Positions 24,950 through 32,423 of a stretch of DNA of 32,423 nt are shown one piece after another (positions within the stretch are counted from its first letter, which is position 1; each line of letters starts with the position of its first letter). This stretch comes from Candidatus Nomurabacteria bacterium (GTDB lineage: Bacteria > Patescibacteriota > Minisyncoccia > Phycocordibacterales > UBA9973). Position numbers and translations under genes: made by a program. The notes below the pieces were generated by a model. The model was not told the DNA's origin. It searched no databases and saw only the letters and a program-made list of their open reading frames with translations. The DNA lies in the NCBI GenBank assembly GCA_009695015.1, contig SIBT01000002.1:1-32423 (forward strand), in the 5' to 3' direction.

Positions 24950-24988
24950 TAAAAATCGGCAGTGCTCCTAGAAGGTGCAACTGCCGAT
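24950..24988 (-). terminator. Rho-independent terminator closing the atp operon / HTH mini-ORF transcript
   Basis: atcggcagt (24955-24963) pairs with actgccgat (24980-24988), and the interior pairs further. On the minus strand the hairpin is followed by TTTTT. Confidence 0.65.
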
Positions 24989-24992
24989 GTGT

Positions 24993-25169
24993 TTATTCTT
25001 CTTGCTCAGTATCATTGTTGGGTATATGTTGTTCTTTATTCCTAAAAGAATTCACAAGTGCTACAAGATCGTAATATTTAACTTTTTTAAATAAAGTACG
25101 GTGGGTGATACCCACAATACTCGCTGCCGTTGATATTTTTCCACGCGTATTCGTAAGAACATAGGACAA
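24993..25169 (-). CDS. Fis-type (HTH_8-like) DNA-binding mini-ORF, 58 aa from a TTG start; possibly a gene remnant
   Basis: Own translation: (DDDVQKQY)L/MSYVLTNTRGKISTAASIVGITHRTLFKKVKYYDLVALVNSFRNKEQHIPNNDTEQEE. TRGKISTAASIVGITHRTLFKKVKYYDL matches the Fis/NtrC C-terminal HTH pattern. An in-frame TAA lies 8 codons upstream of the TTG. There is no ATG or GTG start. Confidence 0.35.
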   Translation of the reverse strand: MSYVLTNTRGKISTAASIVGITHRTLFKKVKYYDLVALVNSFRNKEQHIPNNDTEQEE

Positions 25170-25226
25170 ATATTGTTTCTGAACATCATCATCTTATATT
25201 AAAAATCCAAAAAATCAAGTTAGAAT

Positions 25227-25670
25227 TTATTTCCTATATTTCTTAGTTCTCCACTTGTCAGCTATTTTTACTCTGGTGATCGAGCGTTCGAGTTCGGCTT
25301 CGAAGTGTTCGAAGTTCACATGCTCCTTGTTTTCCATTTGTTTTTTTAATTCTTCCGCGCGAGTTTTTGCTTGGAGAATTTTTTCTTCCGTTAGTTCTGA
25401 AATATGTTCAGCAAAGTCTGCAAGCACTGCAACTTCAGTCACTCCTTCTACTGTTTTTACTTCCACAAATCCTCCAACGACAGCCATGGGCACGTGTTCG
25501 CCATTTGTAAAAGCGACAACATCTCCAGATTTAAGACCAACGATAAGCGGAACGTGGTCAGGCAAAATTGCAATCTCGCCCTCCGTCGTCGGCAAAATAA
25601 CTTGATCCATCATTTCTTCTAAAATAAGACGCTCTGGAGTAACTATTTTAAGTTTTAGTTTTTTTGACAT
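25227..25670 (-). CDS. atpC: F1 ATP synthase subunit epsilon
   Basis: 147 aa. The beta-sandwich N-terminus is LKLKIVTPERLILEEMMDQVILPTTEGEIAILPDHVPL. It is the last gene of the atp operon. Confidence 0.9.
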   Translation of the reverse strand: MSKKLKLKIVTPERLILEEMMDQVILPTTEGEIAILPDHVPLIVGLKSGDVVAFTNGEHVPMAVVGGFVEVKTVEGVTEVAVLADFAEHISELTEEKILQAKTRAEELKKQMENKEHVNFEHFEAELERSITRVKIADKWRTKKYRK

Positions 25671-25700
25671 TTTGAGAGAAATTATTTAATTTTTAAATAT

Positions 25701-27092
<1,392 letters not shown>

Positions 27093-27127
27093 TCAAAAAC
27101 CTCACCTTATTAAGGAAAAGAGGAAAT

Positions 27128-28087
27128 TCAACTCACACTTGCCATGCCGGCACTGATCTCCGATATTTCTCTGGTAATATTTGATTGTCTGGCTTTATTG
27201 AATACTAAAGTCAAATCATCGATCATTTCACCCGAAGCTTCAGATGCATTTTTCATCGCAACCATTCGACTCGACTGCTCGGAAGCATTTGATTCGAGAA
27301 GCATTTGATATATTTGCATTCTAGTCAATTTTTCTGCAAGTGTGGTAATTAATTTTACCTTATCCCCTTCAAACAAATAATTAGTCTTTGTTTGCGGCAG
27401 TAATGTTTCCGCAGATTTAGTGTGTTCTAATGAATCAATTAATTCTTTTAAATCTGCTTTATTTATCGGCAATATTTGTTTAATATTTGCTCGCTGAAAA
27501 AGAGCTGAAACAAAATCAGTGTACACTACGAGCACTCTATCATATTTGCCCAGACTGTACTCATTGATAACTAAATTCGATATTGGAGTAACGTCGACGA
27601 GAGAAATATTATCTGGGAGTTCAGAAAAACTAGCTAAAACATTTTGGTTGAGGCGACGCATAGCAACATCTCCTTTTCGGCCGATTGTTATCACATCAAC
27701 TTCAAAAGACAGTTTTCTGGAAGTTTCCCCGAAGACTGTCTTTTGGGAAAGTAATGAAATAGCTTTTTTAATAATTTGCGCGTTGTAAGCTCCGCAAAGT
27801 CCGCGATTTGAAGTAACTAAAATAAGTAAAATTTTTCTTTGGTCCGCTTTAGATTCTTGCGAAGGCGACCCAGAACGCTCTGTAAAGAGTGGGTGATTTA
27901 ATTCTTCCGCATTCTTTGCAATTGAAGTTAAAATCTCCCAAGAATATTCTGCATAAAGTCGAGATGACAAAGTCGAAGAAACCGCGCGCTTCATTTTCGA
28001 AGCCGCAACGAGCTCCATAGCTTTGGTGATCTTCTTCGTATTCTTCACCGACTTTATTCTTCTTTTAATTTCCTTTGTTCCGGCCAT
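27128..28087 (-). CDS. atpG: F1 ATP synthase subunit gamma
   Basis: 319 aa. The N-terminus is KEIKRRIKSVKNTKKITKAMELVAASKMKRA and the C-terminus is NKARQSNITREISEI. Confidence 0.9.
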   Translation of the reverse strand: MAGTKEIKRRIKSVKNTKKITKAMELVAASKMKRAVSSTLSSRLYAEYSWEILTSIAKNAEELNHPLFTERSGSPSQESKADQRKILLILVTSNRGLCGAYNAQIIKKAISLLSQKTVFGETSRKLSFEVDVITIGRKGDVAMRRLNQNVLASFSELPDNISLVDVTPISNLVINEYSLGKYDRVLVVYTDFVSALFQRANIKQILPINKADLKELIDSLEHTKSAETLLPQTKTNYLFEGDKVKLITTLAEKLTRMQIYQMLLESNASEQSSRMVAMKNASEASGEMIDDLTLVFNKARQSNITREISEISAGMASVS

Positions 28088-28090
28088 AAA

Positions 28091-29614
28091 TTATTTCGCA
28101 AAACTACTTTTAAAATCCGCAATCGCCTTCTTTAATTGCTCCTCGCCTTTGTCGGTCCACATTTTGGTATCTTGTATTTCTTTATAGAAAATCTTCGCAT
28201 AGCGCTCGCTGTATTCTATCAGCCCAGCTTCAAATTCTTTTATTTTTTCTACCGGCACATCATCCATAAAGCCTTTGGTAAGAGCATAGAAAGTGACTAC
28301 TTGATGTTCGATCTTGACCGGAGCATATTGAAGCTGTTTAAGAATCTCAACTGATCTTTTACCACGTTCGAGTTGACGTTTAGTAGAATCATCGAGATCA
28401 GAGCCAAATTGAGAAAACGCTTCGAGTTCACGAAACTGCGCGAGATCGAGTTTTAAAGTTCCAGCCACTTTTTTCATTGCTTTGATCTGAGCCGCCGAAC
28501 CCACACGCGAAACAGAAGAGCCGACATTGACCGCTGGACGAATTCCTTTATAAAAAAGATCCGTCTCCAAGAAAATTTGCCCATCAGTAATAGAAATAAC
28601 ATTGGTCGGAATATAAGCCGAAATATCACCCGCTTGAGTTTCGATAATTGGAAATGCTGTGATCGATCCGCCTCCATATTTTGCATTTCGGCGACATGCG
28701 CGCTCAAGAAGACGAGAATGTAAATAAAAAACATCTCCTGGATACGCTTCACGGCCGGGTGGACGACGAAGAAGAAGAGAAATCTCTCGATAAGCCACAG
28801 CGTGCTTCGAAAGATCATCATAGATAATCAACACATCTTTTCCTTGATCCATAAAATATTCAGCGACAGAAACTCCTGCATAAGGCGCAACATAAGACAT
28901 AGCAGCAGGCTCAGACGCTCCTGCGGAAACAATCACTGTATATGCCATTGCCCCACCAGCTTCGAGTCTCGCCTCCAATTTACGTAATTTTGAATCTTTT
29001 TGACCAATCGATACATAAACACAAATCATATTTTGTCCTTTTTGATTTAAAATAGCGTCAATAGCAATAGCTGTCTTGCCTGTCTGTCTATCACCAATGA
29101 TAAGCTCGCGCTGACCTCGGCCAACAGGAATAATGCTATCAATAGCCTTAATTCCAGTGGAAACTGGTTGATCTACACTTTGCCTCGTCACGACTCCAGG
29201 GGCTACTTTTTCAATTGGATATGCCGAAGGTCCTGAATCTTTCGAAAGATTTGCTTTTATAATTCCTTTACCGTCAATCGGAGCACCCATCGCATTTACT
29301 ACTCTACCTAAAATATTATCCGAAACTGGTATTTCAAGAATTTTTCCAGTAGCTTTTACTTCATCCCCTTCTTTAATTTTAGAAAAGTCCCCGAGAATAA
29401 TAATTCCGACTGCATCTTCTTCAAGATTGAGCGCTACACCGATTTGTCCAGCAGAAAAAGTCACCATCTCAGAAGATTTTATATCAGAAAGACCAGAAAC
29501 TTTTGCAATACCATCAAAAACTTCCATGACTTGACCCACCTTCTCAACTTTCAATTGAAGTGAAAAATTTTCTATTTCTTTTTTTAAATTTTCTACAATA
29601 CTATTGTGGCTCAT
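28091..29614 (-). CDS. atpA: F1 ATP synthase subunit alpha
   Basis: 507 aa. Walker A is [13 protein letters not shown]; [41 protein letters not shown] is present. Confidence 0.97.
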   Translation of the reverse strand: MSHNSIVENLKKEIENFSLQLKVEKVGQVMEVFDGIAKVSGLSDIKSSEMVTFSAGQIGVALNLEEDAVGIIILGDFSKIKEGDEVKATGKILEIPVSDNILGRVVNAMGAPIDGKGIIKANLSKDSGPSAYPIEKVAPGVVTRQSVDQPVSTGIKAIDSIIPVGRGQRELIIGDRQTGKTAIAIDAILNQKGQNMICVYVSIGQKDSKLRKLEARLEAGGAMAYTVIVSAGASEPAAMSYVAPYAGVSVAEYFMDQGKDVLIIYDDLSKHAVAYREISLLLRRPPGREAYPGDVFYLHSRLLERACRRNAKYGGGSITAFPIIETQAGDISAYIPTNVISITDGQIFLETDLFYKGIRPAVNVGSSVSRVGSAAQIKAMKKVAGTLKLDLAQFRELEAFSQFGSDLDDSTKRQLERGKRSVEILKQLQYAPVKIEHQVVTFYALTKGFMDDVPVEKIKEFEAGLIEYSERYAKIFYKEIQDTKMWTDKGEEQLKKAIADFKSSFAK

Positions 29615-30021
29615 ACTGATTTTATTAAATATTCTTGTAATTTTTCAATTTTGTTCTTAATTGATAGATCGATCACTTCATTATTCACCTCTATTTTTAT
29701 TCCACCCAATAATTTTTGATTAATATTCTCATCCAAGATGACTTCTTTTGCAGAATAACGTTTCTTCAGAGCTTGTTCGAGATGTGTTTTGGTTTTTTCG
29801 GAAAGTTTTTCGGCGCTAGATATTTTTACTATTATCCTATCTTCTTTTTTATTAATTATATTTCTTAATTGTAAAAGTATATCTGGAGCTTTGGATAAAA
29901 ATCTACGACGAAATAAAAATTGAACTATTTTCTTGGATATATCAGCCTGCTCCGAATGACTCTTGTCTTTAGATAAGGCATGAATCGCTTGAGCTATTGC
30001 ATTGTTTGTCAGTGTTTTCAT
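29611..30021 (-). CDS. atpH: F1 ATP synthase subunit delta (OSCP), short form
   Basis: 136 aa. Assigned from its position between atpF and atpA, its 4-nt overlap with atpA, and the C-terminal [22 protein letters not shown] motif. Confidence 0.75.
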   Translation of the reverse strand: MKTLTNNAIAQAIHALSKDKSHSEQADISKKIVQFLFRRRFLSKAPDILLQLRNIINKKEDRIIVKISSAEKLSEKTKTHLEQALKKRYSAKEVILDENINQKLLGGIKIEVNNEVIDLSIKNKIEKLQEYLIKSV

Positions 30022-30030
30022 TTGCAGTCA

Positions 30031-30492
30031 TTATAAATTATTTAAATCTTTTTTATCGGCAATCAATTTTTCTATAGCCTTCATTGCCAAAGAAACGATT
30101 TCTTTCTTGGCTTCGTCTACCATTTTTATCTTTTCTACTTCAAGACTTTTCTTACCATTTTCAATGATTCCTTTTACCTCATTTTTAGCTTCTTCTATCA
30201 TAGAAGTTTTCTCAGTTTCTGCTTCCTTCTTGCCATTTTGAAATATAGTATTGGCTTCTTTGCGAGCTTTAGTTAAAACTTCTTCATATTCTTTCTTGGT
30301 TTTTTCTAGAAGCACGGCATTTTCTTTAGCATTTGAAAGTCCAGTCTCTATCTCTTGTCCTCGATCTTTCATTAATTTACTGAGAGGTTTGGCCGCAAGT
30401 AGATAGAAAACAAAAAAAACCAGCCCAAAATTAATGATCTGAGCAAGCATCAATTTCCAATCTATGTGAAATGTGTTGATAAACTCTTCCAT
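30031..30492 (-). CDS. atpF: Fo ATP synthase subunit b
   Basis: 153 aa. An N-terminal TM helix (LAQIINFGLVFFVFYLL) is followed by a long charged helix. Confidence 0.8.
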   Translation of the reverse strand: MEEFINTFHIDWKLMLAQIINFGLVFFVFYLLAAKPLSKLMKDRGQEIETGLSNAKENAVLLEKTKKEYEEVLTKARKEANTIFQNGKKEAETEKTSMIEEAKNEVKGIIENGKKSLEVEKIKMVDEAKKEIVSLAMKAIEKLIADKKDLNNL

Positions 30493-30503
30493 TCTTTTAC
30501 AAT

Positions 30504-30779
<276 letters not shown>

Positions 30780-30795
30780 CTAATTTATAATAATT

Positions 30796-31668
30796 TTAAA
30801 CGTGCGCTAATTCTTTTCCATGTTCCTCCTCATGCTCACTATGGTCCTGTGAAGCAATCGTAAAATATACGGTTGCTAAGAGGGAAAAGATGAGCGCTTG
30901 GATAAGCCCGATAAAGACTTCCAAGAAAAGAAATGGGGTCGGCAGTATGTAAAGAAAAATTGCGCCCATGGAAGCGAGGAGAACTTCTCCAGCAAACACG
31001 TTACCGAAAAGTCGGAAAGAAAGAGATGCCACCTTGGCCACCTCTCCGATCAATTCTAGTAAACCTACAAAGATATTGATAGGCGCGACGATGAGTACGT
31101 TGGGCTCTTTTTGAATCTTCCTTGGAATCGAGACCAGCGCCTTGATATTAACATATTTATTAAAAGTTTTCCAAGCGCCAACGGCGATGATTCCAAAGAT
31201 ATTTGAACCGACGACAATCGCGATACTTAGGGCGAGAGTGGTATTGATGTCTGCTGTTCCCGCGCGAAAAAGGGGTATAAAGATCGAATGCCCTGCCTCC
31301 GTAGCCAGAAAACCAATCGAACCCACGATCGGTAAAAGTCCCAACCAATTATTTATTAAGATAAAAAGAAAAAGTGAAGTGATAAGCGGAAAAATTTTGA
31401 GAGTTATTTTGCGGTCGTTGGTCACTTGATCACACAACGATAATGCGCCTTCTAAAAAAATTTCAAAGATGTGTTGAATTTTGTCGGGAATTTTTTTTAA
31501 TTTAAATTTAAGAAATAAACAAAGAACGAGAATGACCAAAACTGATAACCAAGAATTTAATAAAGAATTCGTGATTTGAAAATTATTAAAGTGAAAAATA
31601 GGTTCTGCGTAAATAGTCGTCTCATGGACAGGCTGTTCTTGAATTTGATTTGTATTATTTGTTGCCAT
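30796..31668 (-). CDS. atpB: Fo ATP synthase subunit a
   Basis: 290 aa polytopic membrane protein. The conserved Arg motif is SLSFRLFGNVFAGE. Confidence 0.9.
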   Translation of the reverse strand: MATNNTNQIQEQPVHETTIYAEPIFHFNNFQITNSLLNSWLSVLVILVLCLFLKFKLKKIPDKIQHIFEIFLEGALSLCDQVTNDRKITLKIFPLITSLFLFILINNWLGLLPIVGSIGFLATEAGHSIFIPLFRAGTADINTTLALSIAIVVGSNIFGIIAVGAWKTFNKYVNIKALVSIPRKIQKEPNVLIVAPINIFVGLLELIGEVAKVASLSFRLFGNVFAGEVLLASMGAIFLYILPTPFLFLEVFIGLIQALIFSLLATVYFTIASQDHSEHEEEHGKELAHV

Positions 31669-31897
31669 CTTTTTCTTCTTCCACGGTAGCTTTATGTAAA
31701 GGATGATCTAATTCTTTTTTATACTCTTTGATTTCACGATAAATTCCGAAACATGTAATACCAAAACCTATCATTAGAAAAACAAAAAACAAAGTCTGAC
31801 TTTCTGTGAACTTTCCAGCGATGAAACCGACGACTAAAGGAAAAACAACCCACGAGGTCGTTTTAATATAAAAAACAATCACTGGTTGCCAGTTCAT
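31655..31897 (-). CDS. Small membrane protein preceding atpB (AtpZ/AtpI-like)
   Basis: 80 aa with two predicted TM helices. It overlaps the atpB start by 14 nt. The assignment is positional only. Confidence 0.5.
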   Translation of the reverse strand: MNWQPVIVFYIKTTSWVVFPLVVGFIAGKFTESQTLFFVFLMIGFGITCFGIYREIKEYKKELDHPLHKATVEEEKDGNK

Positions 31898-31903
31898 TCC
31901 TAT

Positions 31904-31932
31904 ACTATAGGGTAAAAATAGTTAGGATGCAA
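31904..31932 (-). promoter_or_regulatory. Candidate sigma70-type promoter of the atp operon
   Basis: The minus strand reads TTGCAT (31932-31927), a 17-nt spacer, then TATAGT (31909-31904). The -10 ends only 6 nt before ATG 31897, which would imply a leaderless or near-leaderless first cistron. The AT-rich context makes chance matches likely. Confidence 0.3.
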
Positions 31933-31952
31933 ATTGTGTTTATAATATTCTG

Positions 31953-32024
31953 TGAGCGTGGATGGGATCGAACCATCGGCCTCTGTCTTATCAGGACAGC
32001 GTTCTACCACTGAACTACACGCTC
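31953..32024 (-). tRNA. tRNA-Ile (anticodon GAU), CCA not encoded
   Basis: Manual fold of GAGCGTGTAGTTCAGTGGTAGAACGCTGTCCTGATAAGACAGAGGCCGATGGTTCGATCCCATCCACGCTCA. The anticodon arm is CTGTC-CTGATAA-GACAG. The T arm is GATGG-TTCGATC-CCATC. Confidence 0.9.
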
Positions 32025-32112
32025 AATAGAAAAAACTATAACAAAAATAGTGTGCATGCGCAAATTCTTTAAATATAAATTACCTAATTCTGCCGGTCAG
32101 AAAAGTCAAGTA

Positions 32113-32164
32113 ATTCTTTAGAAACAAAAAACCACCCGGAGGTGGTTTTTTGTTTCTAAAGAAT
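32113..32164. terminator. Long palindromic rho-independent terminator downstream of the RRM protein gene
   Basis: attctttagaaacaaaaaaccacc-cgga-ggtggttttttgtttctaaagaat. The GC core is ccacc/ggtgg, with A/T runs on both sides and ~24 bp of self-complementarity. Confidence 0.75.
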
Positions 32165-32173
32165 AAATATAGA

Positions 32174-32423
32174 TTAGTATTCTCGGCGTCCGCCTCCTCC
32201 CCCATAACCTCCTCGGTCATTGCCTCCACTTCTTGGTGGGCGAGCTTCCATAGGGCGAGCTTCGTTGACAGTAAGTTTGCGTCCTTCGAATTCTTGGTCG
32301 TTGAACATAGAGATAGCCTTCGCTGCTTCATCCTGAGAAGCCATTTCTACGAATCCAAAACCTTTAGAACGACCAGACATCTTGTCCATAATAATCACAG
32401 CGGATACTACAGATCCAGCTTGT
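32174..32423 (-). CDS. RRM-type glycine-rich RNA-binding protein (5' end beyond the window)
   Basis: The frame is open to the window edge: ...QAGSVVSAVIIMDKMSGRSKGFGFVEMASQDEAAKAISMFNDQEFEGRKLTVNEARP. It contains RNP-1 (KGFGFVEM) and an RGG/Gly-rich tail. Confidence 0.85.
   Translation of the reverse strand, partial: QAGSVVSAVIIMDKMSGRSKGFGFVEMASQDEAAKAISMFNDQEFEGRKLTVNEARPMEARPPRSGGNDRGGYGGGGGRREY

Noticed and set aside
32080-32331. 83-aa minus-strand ORF overlapping the RRM protein gene in another frame
   Set aside because: The RRM frame carries the canonical RNP-1 motif and Gly-rich tail. The alternative frame runs through the terminator palindrome and has no support.

Overview
AT-rich, gene-dense window. 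Almost everything is housekeeping, mostly on the minus strand. The gene content suggests a small-genome, peptidoglycan-containing bacterium, possibly Patescibacteria/CPR-like; that assignment is inference only. Recognisable genes are dnaX (partial), dus, ftsQ-like, serS, dprA-topA, a MaoC-like hotdog protein, parB, miaA, rpmG, murI-ddl, an M24 peptidase, rseP, frr, holB-like, mreB, rsmI, a complete F1Fo ATP synthase operon (atpZ/I-like, atpBEFHAGDC) and a partial RRM RNA-binding protein. There are three tRNAs: Leu-CAA, Trp-CCA and Ile-GAU. The one clearly accessory locus is 9050-11678. It holds a ~500 aa large serine recombinase whose ORF reads into the 3' end of tRNA-Leu. Nested perfect or near-perfect inverted repeats surround it: 86 bp, 100 bp and 27 bp, plus 21-27 bp fragments of the recombinase gene itself. 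They bracket both the recombinase gene and a membrane-anchored hypothetical protein gene. The junctions look like attL, attR and an internal inverted attP-like joint sharing a GTGC core. This is compatible with a mini integrative element that doubles as, or decayed from, a DNA-inversion switch. Secondary oddities are a MurA with an N-terminal XRE-type HTH domain behind an 18-bp palindrome, an AlsS-like ThDP enzyme plus semialdehyde dehydrogenase pair next to rpmG/tRNA-Trp, and a Fis-type HTH mini-ORF at the tail of the atp operon. No CRISPR array, rRNA or recognisable defence genes were seen.
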